The notes beneath the pieces were generated by a model. The model searched no databases, was not told the origin of the DNA, and saw only the letters and a list, made by a program, of their open reading frames with translations. A stretch of DNA of 61,864 nucleotides, filler included. It is 13 parts of 13 records of this genome, joined end to end, with 100 filler letters (N's around TTAATTAATTAA, not from the genome) between each part and the next. Parts side by side here need not be neighbours in the genome. Positions count along the whole stretch, not along the records: positions 8,047 to 14,475 come from SRR15195285_3359; positions 14,576 to 18,058 come from SRR15195285_3360; positions 18,159 to 22,549 come from SRR15195285_3362; 10 more parts are not named here. One strand, 5' to 3'. A program made the translations under genes and the position numbers. Positions 11,312 through 22,649 of this stretch are shown here, piece by piece. Numbering within the stretch: position 1 is the first letter of the stretch; every line of letters begins with the position of its first letter.

Positions 11312-11872
11312 CGCACCGCGCTCAGCTTGGGGTAGTCTAGTCGTTGTTGCCGGGTTTCGCTGCTACCTCAACGAAGGTACCCACGCTCAGTACCAGTAAA
11401 CCCCATTTCAGTCGGTCGCCGGCGAGCTGCACGCGCACCGCGCGCGCGCACCGCGCCGGCCGCACCCGCGGCCGCGCATGCGCGTTGCGCGACGGCGCAT
11501 CGGCACCGCGGGGGGGACGGTCGCGATTCGTAAATTTACCTGTGTCTTTTGTCAACTTTTTTTTTTAAATGCATTCTGCATTCTTCATTCCGTGTATAAA
11601 TTTACGGCAGCCAGGTAGAGGTACTAGTACTGTACCCAGGTACAGCTGTAGATTACATGTAACGTACAGCAGGTACTACTAGTAGTACAGCTGATCAGCA
11701 CGCACGAGGCAGGGGCACTGCTGCTGGCTGGCTGCCGGCTGGCACCAGCACGCGTCCCGGCCGAGATCTGCACTCGCTCAGCGCTGCACCTGGACGCCGG
11801 CGCCTCGGCGGCGGCAGCGCGGGGCGTTCCTTCGTTCGCCCCCGCGGCCCGGTCGGCGACTGAGGGACTAAG

Positions 11873-13965
11873 ATGGCGGAGCTTCTCATCACGGGCGGCA
11901 CCGTGGTAGACGGCTCCGGCGCCCCAGCTGTGGTCGCTGACGTTGCCATCGGCGATGGCAAGATCCTCGCGGTCGGAGCCAACCTGCGTGCGGAGCACTT
12001 CGCTGCCGGCAAGACTCGCGAGGTCGACGCGACAGGCAAGATTGTCGCGCCGTGCTGGGTGGATATCCACACCCACCTGGACGCGCAGATTCAGTGGGAT
12101 CCGTACGCAACCCCGCTCAGTGGCAATGGCGTCGGCACTTTCGTCTTTGGGAACTGCGGCTGTGGATTCGCTCCGTGCGCGAAGGAGGACCGCCTCTTTC
12201 TGCTGGAGCTGATGGAAGGTGCGCGAACGCACTGTCGCCTGCGCTCAGCCCCCTGGCTCGCGTTTCTCACCAGGTCTGTCAAATTATGTTCGCCGCAGGC
12301 GTCGAAGATATCCCAATTCCGGCGCTAGAGGCCGGCATGCCCTTCAAGTGGGAGACAATGCCCGAGTTTCTCGACCATCTCCAGACGATTGAGTGCGCCT
12401 GCGACTTCGCAGCTCTCTGCGCGCACGGCGCGATCCGTGCGTATGTGATGGGTGAGCGTGGCGCAGACCATTCCGCACCAGTGAGTGCGCACGATGTAGA
12501 GAGTATGCAGCTTGTAGCAAAGCAGGCAATTGAAGCCGGCGCCCTCGGCCTCGGCATCAACCGTCAGCCCGAGCATCGTGACCTCGGCGGCAATCCTGTT
12601 CCAGGGACTTTCTCTCCTGACGCTGAACTCGAGGCGCTCGGCGATGCGGTGCAACAAGCTGGCGGTGGCATCATGGAGGTCGTCACGGATTCGGAGTTCT
12701 TCACGGAGCCCGAATACGCCGCGCCGGAGCGTGCACTGTACGAGCGGTTGGCATCCGCTACCACACCGGTAATTTTTAACTGTCACCCATTTGGTACAGA
12801 TCAAGATGCCGAGCTATACGGATGGCTTGAAGCCGCGGCCGAGCGTGGCAACGACATTCGCGGCGTCTGCAGCACGAAGGCAATCAACCTGCTGATAGGA
12901 ACGGACAGCAACTCGAACCCATTCCTTGCATCAGCGACGTACCGGACGCTAGGCAGGCTGCCTCTCGCAGAGCGCATAGTCCAGCTTGCAAGGGAGGAAA
13001 TCAAAGCAGTCGTGTTGCAGGAGGTGAGTGAAGCCGGTTTCTACTCCGTCTTCCAGTCCAAGTTCGCGATGGGTTCTCTGGCTGGCGTCTATCCCATGCT
13101 AGATGCACCGGGCGAGCCACATGACTGGCACTGCTTCGAACCACAGCCGGACCATAGCGTGCAGACATTGGCCGAGCAGAACGGCCAGGCATCCATGGAC
13201 TGGATGTACGACTTCATGCTCGAGTTAGATGGCCGCAGTGCGCTGATCTACCCGATTATGAACTACACTGAGGGGAATCTAGATGGCTGTAGAGAAATGC
13301 TGTTGCACCCGTGCACAGTGCCGGGCCTCGCCGATACTGGCGCCCACGTTGGCTCGATGCAGGATGCGATGAATGCGACATATCTATTGAGCTACTGGGT
13401 ACGAGACCGTGAGAGACTGACCGGGCGCCCTGGCATTCCTCTCGAGACGGCTGTGAAGCTCCATACTTGGGATGCCGCAGAGGTGTGTGGCATGCTCGAC
13501 CGTGGTATGATCAGGCCTGGCATGAAGGCCGACGTGAATGTGATAGATCTCGAGAAGCTCACCATCCATCCACCACGCGTGGTGAACGATCTGCCGACGG
13601 ATGCAAAGCGGTGGGTGCAGGATGTCTCAGGGTACGATCTGATCGTCATTGCAGGGCAGGTGACGTATGAGCACAACCAGCCAACGGGCGCTCTTCCTGG
13701 TCGGTTGGTGCGAAATCCACGTACCCAACATGTACGGGATGCCGGCGAGGTGCAGCAGCTCGACCTTGACGAGGTACTAGCTGGCAGGAGCGCGGCGCAT
13801 CGGCCACTCATCGGACGCGGCTCGCTCGATCAAGATGGGTGGGCTGGCGAAGGGCCACCATCCACTGCAGTGTTGGATGCACGCGAGGCGATCGTGGTCG
13901 AGATGAAGCAGCTAATGTTGGCACGACGCGCAGGCAATGATGGTGGCCAGCAGAGCAAGCTCTAG
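11873..13965 (+). CDS. N-acyl-D-amino-acid deacylase (amidohydrolase-3), 2 exons (11873-12218, 12299-13965), C-terminal SKL
   Basis: GGTVVDGSG, DATGKIVAP, DIHTHLD, GNCGCGFAP, LMEG|VEDIP, ADTGAH, DRGMIRPGMKADVNVID and TGALPGRLVR. Intron 12219-12298. Confidence 0.92.
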
Positions 13966-14395
13966 TGGCCCAATTGGTTCGCGTGTGAGTCAAAAATGGC
14001 CTGAAGTTTATAACGCTTATGAATGAGAATGTTTCAGCCCTTATGCCATGTCCTCCTTGATAGCGACCATTACAATCTTCAGGGCGTTGTGGTACGCATT
14101 CGCCACGTCTGGCATGACTTTCGATCTCGGATTCTAGGTGCTCGGGGCTGCCTCGGCGCCGCAGTGCGTATGATTCATGTTGACGAAAAAACAATCTGGT
14201 GTAATAGGTGTGGTGAGAGCTAGCTCGGCGGCGGATGGTGGCGGCGAAGACACGCTGTGATGCGGACCGCATGTGTGCGGCGGTCGCCTCTACGATGGTA
14301 CCCGAGTACAGTGTGATCTTCACTTTAACTTTTTTTTGCATAGAAATCAATGTGCACTAACGGTTTCGGTCAGACAAGTCACCGCCACGTAGGAC

Positions 14396-14475
14396 AGGAG
14401 GGGTTTGTGGAACTGAGTTGACGGTTTCCGGAAACGTTTCCGGAGACCGCAAAGTCAGTTCCACTAAACCCTCCT
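14396..14475. repeat. 80-nt loopless imperfect palindrome at contig end
   Basis: Arms 14396-14435 and 14436-14475 pair at 34/40 positions by my count. Perfect core TCCGGAAACGTTTCCGGA. Confidence 0.9.
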
Positions 14476-14916
14476 NNNNNNNNNNNNNNNNNNNNNNNNN
14501 NNNNNNNNNNNNNNNNNNNTTAATTAATTAANNNNNNNNNNNNNNNNNNNNNNNNNNNNNNNNNNNNNNNNNNNNATTTCCTAATATACGCCACGTTAAA
14601 GGCAACTGCTCTCGATCAGAACGATCCATTATAAATATTCATAGTAGGATCCTTAGTAAAGAATGCACGTTTCAACGTGTGTGTACACACCGTAGACAAA
14701 CGCGGCACGTAGTCGTACTATCAATAGTAGATCTACCGGCCGGGTTCGCAGGGTACGTACTGTATGAATTATGATACAGTCGATACAGTGTATCGAGTGT
14801 ACCGGCTGGGAATATTCCGCGTGGCTCTGGCTGGCGTTGCGGTGCTTCGGCGCAGGCCTTTCGTGCCCACCTTATCTGGCACCAGAACCTCAAGCTGCAG
14901 CTCAGAGATATCAACG

Positions 14917-15696
14917 ATGGGAACGGAGTGGCACCTGGGCGGGAGTGCGAATGGGAGAGTGGTGGCGCCTGCTGCTCAGTCGGAGCCGGAGCCGGAGGTG
15001 GAGCTGGCGGCGCAGCTCGCGGACATGGCGTTGGGCGAGACAGTAGCTGCTTCGATTGACACCTCGGCCGCGTGGCGGGGCAGCTCGGTCCCGACGCGCC
15101 GTATGGCGTGCAGTTTGCACGACCCGCCACAGCCGCCGCAGCCGCTTGCTCTGGACAATGGCGTGTCTGCAGGTGCGCCGCGAATCCTGGATATCGCGGA
15201 CTGCGATGACGAGCCGGCACGGCCGTCGTCGATGCGCCTCGCCGCCCGAACGGGAAGAAAGGGCAGCATCTTGGACATCATTGCGCAGCTGAGTCCCACG
15301 TTCACGATCAATACGAAGGCATCGAGAAACGCGCAAGCGCCTCGCACGCCCCTCGAAGGGTTTGTGCTGGATACAGAAATTCGTCCGGAACCACAGAGGC
15401 CGCTCAAAGACGCGGAGGTGTGGGATCAGGTGACGAGGACGTGGAAGGCGTTGCCGACCCTCGGCTCGTGCTCGAAAGCCAGCAGCGGACGAAGCAGGAG
15501 ATGTTATCGTGTCGGTTGTCGAGGTGCTAAGAAAGGCAACCGGGGTGCAAAAGTCGACGGTGCGTGCGGCAACGGGACGAATTCACAACTGCCGCTCTGG
15601 GTGTCGACAAATCGAACTTCGATCCGTCGCGGGTCAAAGCGAGCCAGTCGAAGAGCCAGCGAACGGGGAAGGTCATCGCAGCTCTGCGTGTGGTAA
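14917..15696 (+). CDS. Hypothetical protein (low-complexity, EPEPE-containing); 3' structure uncertain
   Basis: ORF 14764..15696 with ATG at 14917 and coding-like GC-rich codons in the first two thirds. No recognised domain. Confidence 0.45.
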   Translation: MGTEWHLGGSANGRVVAPAAQSEPEPEVELAAQLADMALGETVAASIDTSAAWRGSSVPTRRMACSLHDPPQPPQPLALDNGVSAGAPRILDIADCDDEPARPSSMRLAARTGRKGSILDIIAQLSPTFTINTKASRNAQAPRTPLEGFVLDTEIRPEPQRPLKDAEVWDQVTRTWKALPTLGSCSKASSGRSRRCYRVGCRGAKKGNRGAKVDGACGNGTNSQLPLWVSTNRTSIRRGSKRASRRASERGRSSQLCVW

Positions 15697-15753
15697 CAAC
15701 GGAGATGTTTTGTTCGTTTTCCTGCTCACGAGTGCAGGCGCCGTTCGCGTGCG

Positions 15754-16194
15754 TTACCAGTTCGCTTTCTGGCGGCAGCACTCTGCCATCATCGCCATCA
15801 CTCTACTGTCGTCCTGTGCCGACTGCGGCTGCGGCTGCAGCTCCGCACAAACCTCCGCGAATGTCCTTGTCAGCCACAAACTGATCGACTTTTTGTGGCA
15901 CTTATCGGCAAACGCCTTCCTCGGATCAGCAGGCTGCTCCGCGACAATTTCTGCGAAGGCCTGGTCCATCCAGACCTTGACCCCTTTCTCCTGGCACTTT
16001 TCAGCCAGGGCCCGGTGCGCCGTGACGACCTCGTCAAATGCCCCTTGCAGCCAGTATCTAGTTTCTGCCTCCATGTGGCATTTGTCCGCCATTGCGTGGT
16101 ACGGGTCAGCTGGCTGCTTTGCACGGGTAGCTCGCATCGCCTGCTCAAGGAAAGACTTCAAACCTGCGACTGCATTGCCGCCACCCACGGTCAC
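15754..16194 (-). CDS. Small helical protein with repeated 'QPADP..A.ADKCH' units (Dpy-30/RIIa docking-motif-like); 5' end uncertain
   Basis: Internal repeats FLEQAMRATRAKQPADPYHAMADKCH and WMDQAFAEIVAEQPADPRKAFADKCH, plus two degenerate units. Confidence 0.55.
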   Translation of the reverse strand: MTVGGGNAVAGLKSFLEQAMRATRAKQPADPYHAMADKCHMEAETRYWLQGAFDEVVTAHRALAEKCQEKGVKVWMDQAFAEIVAEQPADPRKAFADKCHKKSISLWLTRTFAEVCAELQPQPQSAQDDSRVMAMMAECCRQKANW

Positions 16195-16809
16195 ACATGC
16201 CTGAGCTGCCGCTAGCCATCTGGTTGGCGCGTGCGAGTCTGGCTGTCATGGCTTCAACCTCTGGGAGCGAACTTTCTCCCTCATTCTCGTCATCATTATT
16301 TCCATCCACTTATGCCGCAGCCGCGTTGCACTCTTCCGCAGCCATGGAGGAGCGTATGGGCTTACGTGATGGGCTCGAGGACGTGGAGCTCATCCACATG
16401 GCCCAACAGGGGGCCGCAGCGGCCACGCTGGGCAAGACCTAAAACTTCGTAGGAAGCGTGATCACTGTCATGTCACATGCAAACTGCAGTGAGGACCCCC
16501 GTGGTGCTCGCCACCGCCCGCTCACAACTGGCGGCTATCATACTGGGCGACCGCACGCGAGCAAGGGCGAAAATGTGCGTTGAGAGGGCCGACGGTCCAT
16601 AGACAAAGGAAGAGCAAGGGAGAGCGACCCGACACTAAGTTGAAGTGTTGGGCCGCTCGCCTTTGGTCGGCAACAGGTATCACCATCCCCGCCTTCTGTC
16701 ACATCTAGTGGCGACGGAGGGCAGGAAGGACTAGTGTTCTACAGTGCCTGATTGCAACTCTTGCATGCAACAACAAAGATCATGTGCACTCCATTGCCAT
16801 ACCAATCGA

Positions 16810-17394
16810 TCACACTTTGCGGCTGGCACGTAGAATTTGAACTGAGTCTAGTCTACCGGCGGAGGGTTTGTATTGCGGTGTCAGCATCCGGGAGTTGCCA
16901 CAGTGCACATCGATCTGCGCAAACTCACCGTTTGCGTAGTCGTCCGGAAGACTGCTGCCAACTGCTCTGCCAGCTGTGTCGCAGAATCTCTCCAGCAAGA
17001 ACCCGTGCTCCATCATCGAGAAAAAAAATGGCATGGTGCCATCATCCCGGTGTTGGTATGCGATAATTGCAGGCGTGGCAGCTCCTGGTGGAATATGTCC
17101 AGCAACGGCAGCAGCAAATGCTGGGCCGGTCTTTTTGTAGACGGTGTCTGCTGCTGCAACGAGCTGGATCTCGTCTGTGCTGCTCAGATAAGTAGCAGGA
17201 TCAGCCCAATCAATGACCCGTGTCTGCACACGTGCACTCAAGCTATTGGCCTCTGCGTTTGTTTCGATGAGATCTAGCAGAGCGGGGTCACCATCAGTAC
17301 ACGTCACATGCGCTCCTTGCATGCCCAATGCCATGCCAACTAGCCCAGATCCAGCGCCGAGTTCTAGACATTGAGCGTCACGCAATTCTGGCAA
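16810..17394 (-). CDS. METTL21/Methyltransf_16-type SAM-dependent protein-lysine methyltransferase; N-terminal exon not resolved
   Basis: CLELGAGSGLVG (motif I), VTCTDGD, IETNAEAN, IDW, and AADTVY (DxxY). Confidence 0.85.
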   Translation of the reverse strand: MPELRDAQCLELGAGSGLVGMALGMQGAHVTCTDGDPALLDLIETNAEANSLSARVQTRVIDWADPATYLSSTDEIQLVAAADTVYKKTGPAFAAAVAGHIPPGAATPAIIAYQHRDDGTMPFFFSMMEHGFLLERFCDTAGRAVGSSLPDDYANGEFAQIDVHCGNSRMLTPQYKPSAGRLDSVQILRASRKV

Positions 17395-18158
17395 CCCAAG
17401 CGTTCTGCGAGCTCACCAGCAGCTGCTGCGTGCTGCGACTGCCGTGTGCCGTGCCTTGCGTGTGCGGCCACGCGTCGTCACCAACAGTCTCGCCGGCGTA
17501 CATGTATGTTGTATCCTCGCGCCCGAATCGCTCGCGCCGCCGTGGCGGGCGGCGCGGATCCGAAGGCGCCGCGACCGTGGGATCCGTGAATCCTGACTGA
17601 CGCCGTCTGTGGTGAATGATCTTCGCGCGACGATCCGTCCGGCCTCTAAACGCAACCACGAGGCACGAGCTCGTCCGGAGCTGACTTCTGGTGTCGAATG
17701 ACGAATTTACGACCATGACTCTCAAAATCATCGAGAATTCCAATAGGATCCTGTTATACATGTAGGATGCGGTGGGCATGCTCGCGGTGGGCATGCTCGA
17801 TCAGTAGGATTCCTACTAGTAGGAACGAAGCGTCCGGCGGCCACTGGACTCAATTCATTTCACTGAGGTTCGCCCAGCATTCATGAAAATCCTACTTTTG
17901 ATCTGATCTGCCAAGCGCTGGTGTACTTTTGGGTTCAGCTTTTGCGCAGCCTGTATTGAAAAGTCGTACCATTCTGTGGTACCATGATGTTTTTGGATGA
18001 AAAACACAAAAACTGAGAATCCGCAAACGGGAAGTGCTCTCTCCCATACTATTGACTGNNNNNNNNNNNNNNNNNNNNNNNNNNNNNNNNNNNNNNNNNN
18101 NNTTAATTAATTAANNNNNNNNNNNNNNNNNNNNNNNNNNNNNNNNNNNNNNNNNNNN

Positions 18159-21100
18159 AGCAGCAACAGCAGCAGCAGCAGCAGCAGCTTCAGCTTCAGC
18201 AGCAGCTTGCTACCCAGCGGGCATTGGCGCAGCAGGCCGCACAAGCGCAATATCAGCAACAGATCGAGTTAGCGCGGCAGCAGGCTGCCGAGGAGGCCGC
18301 ACGACTTGAAGAGGAGCTGGAGTACGAGGCTGACGACCCGGATTCAGACCTAGCGGTACGCAAACCTGCATCTGCCATGTTGGGCTGACGCTGTACGTGC
18401 TTACCATTCTAATGGCTGTGATGTAGAACGCAGCGGACGTCGAAATTTATGAATCGTACGTCCCACAGAAGCTCACGATCGGCAAACCCCACCCAGGTGC
18501 GCTCTTCTATGTGTCTCCCCTTCTGCGCTGCATCGGGCTGACTGTTGCCGTCGTCGCGACAGATCCGGTGGTCGAGGCGGCTTGTCTTTCGAGTGTCGCA
18601 TCGCCCGATGTGACACTGGAGCTACAAATTCACCGCCAAAACCATCCGGCTGCGACGGCGCTCTCCGCTTTGCAGCTAGAGGCTGTAACTTACGCATGCC
18701 AGCGTTATGAGCTGACGCTTCAGGACGGCGCTCGCGCTGGGTTTTTCATCGGCGATGGAGCAGGGATGGGAAAAGGCCGTGAGATTGCTGGATTGTTAGC
18801 CGAGAATTGGTTGCAAGGCCGCAGGAAGTCTCTTTGGGTCTCGATATCATCGGACCTTAAGGTGGATGCAGAGCGTGATCTATCTGACTGCGGCATCACC
18901 GCAGCCGACCTACAGGTAGTGCCGCTGAACAAATGTCCATACGGAAAACTGAAATTGGATGATGCGACAGTTTTATTCACTACGTACTCCTCGTTGGTAG
19001 CTAAGAAGCAAGGAGGCCGAGGAAAAAACCGCAGCAGGCTGAGCCAAATTGTGTCGTGGCTTGGAGATGACTTTGACGGCTGTATCGTCTTTGACGAGTG
19101 TCACAAGAGCAAGAATTTAATTCCGACAGCAGGTAGTGCGGCTTCTAGGACCGGACTTGCTGTAGTAGAGCTGCAAAAGAACCTACCCAAAGCACGAGTT
19201 CTGTACTGCTCAGCCACCGGTGCCTCTGAGCCAAGGAACATGGGCTACATGGTTCGGCTGGGCCTGTGGGGAGAGGGAACAGCTTATCCAGAAGGATTCA
19301 AGGAATTTTTGTCGGCATTAGAACGACGCGGCGTTGGAGCAATGGAGCTTCTGGCTATCGAGATGAAACGAATGGGGTTGTACGTCTGTCGTACGCTCAG
19401 CTATGCTGGCTCGTCTTTTGCGATGCGCGAAGAGAAGTTGACGTCAGACCAGCAAAAAATCTACGATGCAGCGGTGGGCTTTTTACAACGCCTGCGACAC
19501 GCAGTGGAAGAGGCTTCCCAGAATGCATCTACAGTTGCAGCAGACGCAGATGAGGTAGATGCAATCGAAAACGAGCTGGATTCTGAGTCAGAAAGCGACG
19601 AAGAATCGAAGGGTCTGGCTGGAAGCGCAGTTTGGCGGTACTTCTGGGGCCAACACCAGCGGTTTTTTATGTCGTTATGTGCTGCCATGAAGGTGCCAGC
19701 GGTGGTTCGGGCTGCGAGAGCTGCACTTGTGAAGAACAAATGTGCCATCATCGGCATGCAGTCCACTGGTGAAGCGTCCACAAAGCAAGTACTGGAAGAA
19801 ACAGATGGGGACGACCTTGATGACTTCATCTCCGCGCCGACTGTAATACTCGAACGATTAATTGAAAAAACGGTGCTACTGCCACCAAAACCTCTCTCTC
19901 TGAAGCAGGAAGAGCGCGAAGAGCGTATGCAAGAGCTGATGAAGCAGCGCCAAGCAGAAGCAGCTGCGCGCACCGGAGAGTTGGGGAAAAGAGAACGGCG
20001 CGCAACTTACAAGGTGTCGTACGCCGAGGCCGAAAGCGATGATTTCAGCAATGACTCCGCGGAAGACGATGTATTTTCGGAAGATGAGAACGGTGATGAC
20101 AGCGAAGATTATGAAGAAGAAAAGGGCAACAGGGCTGCAAAAGCACGCCAACAAACGGATGAGGAAAACGCCAAGCGGGAAGCCGCCATCAAGGCTGCCA
20201 GGGAGGCATATCTCCTGGCCGTGGAGAAGAAAACAGCTCTAGTCGAAGAGGCGCGGAAACTCCCGCTGCCTCCAAATCCGTAAGTGACGCACATTCATGC
20301 ACGTGAGCGCACACGCATAACACAACGCAACTGTTTCCTCGGATGTATCGCTGCAGGCTTGACGAGCTAATCGATCAACTCGGTGGGGTTACCGAAGTTG
20401 CTGAAATGACAGGAAGATCTGGGCGATTTGTCCGTATCCCTACGTCGAAACAGCCTGCAGGATCGGATGAGAGCGCCGCCAAGCGGCTGAAAACTGATGC
20501 CGGGCCGACTGGATCGACATCTGGCCCCGCCCCCCCCGAGCTCAATGGTGTACGGTACGAGAAACGAAATGCAGATGGCGGATCTCTGGAGAACGCAAAT
20601 CTACGCGAGCGAGATAGGTTCAACAACGCGGAAAAGTTCGTTGCGATTATCTCTGACGCCGCATCGGCTGGCATTTCTCTTCACGCAGACAAACGATTCA
20701 AGAATCAGCGGCGACGTGTGCACATAACACTTGAGCTGCCATGGTCAGCAGACAAAGCTGTGCAACAACTTGGTCGATCTCACCGCTCCAATCAAGTCCA
20801 GCCGCCGGAGTACATTTTCTGCTTTACTGAGATCGGGGGTGAGCGCCGCGTAGCTTCGGCGGTAGCCAAGAGGCTGCAGTCTCTTGGGGCTTTGACGCAC
20901 GGAGATCGCCGTGCAACAGCTGGAGGTTCAGTGTCATCCTTGGAAGCCTACAACTGGGATACCAAACAAGGCAGGGATGCACTGGCTCGCCTCTACCGCT
21001 CCATCGCAGGCCACGAGAAGCCTGTTGCAGAACCCCCAACAATTGCTGGAGGTGTCCAGTTTCTGAAGGCGGCAGGGGATTGGCTTACTGAGGTTGGGTT

Positions 21101-22409
21101 GGAGAAAGAGGCTCAGGGTGGAGGCACTGGAAAGGCGTCTGATCAGCTGCTGAAGGAGATGGGCCGCTTTCTAAACCGCATCTTGGGTTTGACAGTTGCG
21201 CAGCAGGACGCGATTCTTGAGTACTTCACCTCAATCTACGAGCACAAATTGCGAGAAGATCGCCGGGACGGTGCCACCGATGATTGTGTTCTCGAGGTAT
21301 GTGGGCGTCACGTTCGTCGGGTAAGTGACGAAGTCGTTTTCCGATGCCCGCTGTCTCAGGCGGAAACGCGGCACGTTACGTTTGAAGTCGACCGAGGCAT
21401 TTCCTGGGAAGAGGCTGCAGCTGTCCTGGAAGATGCAAAAGAGGCGGGAGCTTCGAAGGGCACTGTGGATGGATTTTACAGCATGGATCGCAAAGGTTTC
21501 AAACACGTGCTGCTCGCTGTGGAATGTTTACCCGCGCCGGGAGAAGATCTCTCTGCCAGACTCAAAAAGAAAAACCGGACAATTCGTGTCTTGCGGCCAT
21601 CTACTGGGGAGCACACAAATCAGGCTGGCTACATCATGTCTCGGTATGGCGACAATCTGTGACAAGTGTGCAGCTCCAGTTTGGCCACCTGTGGCCACAG
21701 CCAAGTAACGTCGTCGGCATGTTTTGCAGGTACTCCCGCATTGACGACACCAAGGCCAAGAAGTTGTGGGCAACGATTTTTGACAGCACCGCGACGACGT
21801 GCATGCATGGGAAGAACTGCAAAAGAGGCGCAGCCTGCGAGGCTGGAAAACGGGTGAAATCTGTCCACCTGCTCACGGAATCAACGCTACCGTTGTGGGC
21901 GACAGTCGAGCAGGTAAGATCTTGCATAGTCTCACCTAACAGATTACGTGCCGGTGCATGACCTGGTTGTGATGACGGAGCAGGTGCTTCGTGATGTAGC
22001 ACGTGCGCGTACATTCTCGGTTGTTCGCGTCTTGCAGACAGAAGCCCTTGCTTCCCCTCCGCAGGCCGACGAAGCCGCGGGACCTTCGAGCAACAGCGAA
22101 GCAAAGGAGGACGCAGTTGCCGAAGAGAAGCCTGACGAAGCGGGTGACGCTGGTGATGATGACGATGATGGCGATGCCCCTGCAGCGGCAGGCGGTGATG
22201 ATGACTGGGCGGTGGCCGATACCGGCGCAGCAGCGACAGATGCCGCCGCAGATGCCGACTCAGACGCCGCCGCGGACGCCAACTCAGGTGCTGACAAAGC
22301 AGCGGCAGATGCAACACCGCCTGAGAAGGTGATCGGCATCAATCTTCCGGCCAAGCACGCTTTGGCAGTCCTTGAGGCGGTTGGAAAGCTTGACGGCGCT
22401 CAGTGGTAA
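18159..22409 (+). CDS. SBNO: Strawberry notch homolog (SBNO/FORGETTER1-like), 5'-truncated, at least 6 exons
   Basis: YVPQKLTIGKPHP|DPVVE, LSALQLEAV, FFIGDGAGMGKGR, FDECH, SATGASEPRNMGYM, PNP|LDELIDQLGG, ELPWSADKAVQQLGRSHRSNQ, CMHGKNCK. Introns 18356-18426, 18497-18562, 20280-20356, 21644-21729 and 21914-21983. PolyQ CAG tract at the contig start. Confidence 0.97.
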
Positions 22410-22649
22410 ATGTACTCTGCCGTAGCCCAACTGTACCAACCCTTCAGGCGCACCTCCCTATTCTTCGAAGTCTGGACCGGCCTCCGCCATCTGCCTCTCT
22501 TTCCCGGCCGCGGCCCAGTCTCACCCCCCCCCCCCCCCCCCCCCCCCCCNNNNNNNNNNNNNNNNNNNNNNNNNNNNNNNNNNNNNNNNNNNNTTAATTA
22601 ATTAANNNNNNNNNNNNNNNNNNNNNNNNNNNNNNNNNNNNNNNNNNNN

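Noticed and set aside
13808-14350. 180-aa minus-strand ORF
   Set aside because: Overlaps the deacylase 3' end and UTR, with no recognisable features.
17768-17799. Short tandem GCGGTGGGCATGCTC x2
   Set aside because: Two-copy micro-duplication with no spacers; not CRISPR-like.
18159-18210. CAG repeat tract
   Set aside because: Ordinary polyQ coding sequence at the truncated SBNO N-terminus.
22524-22549. Poly-C run (and poly-G at 57601-57627)
   Set aside because: Homopolymers at contig ends, unreliable and possibly sequencing artefacts; the derived poly-Pro/Gly ORFs are not credible.
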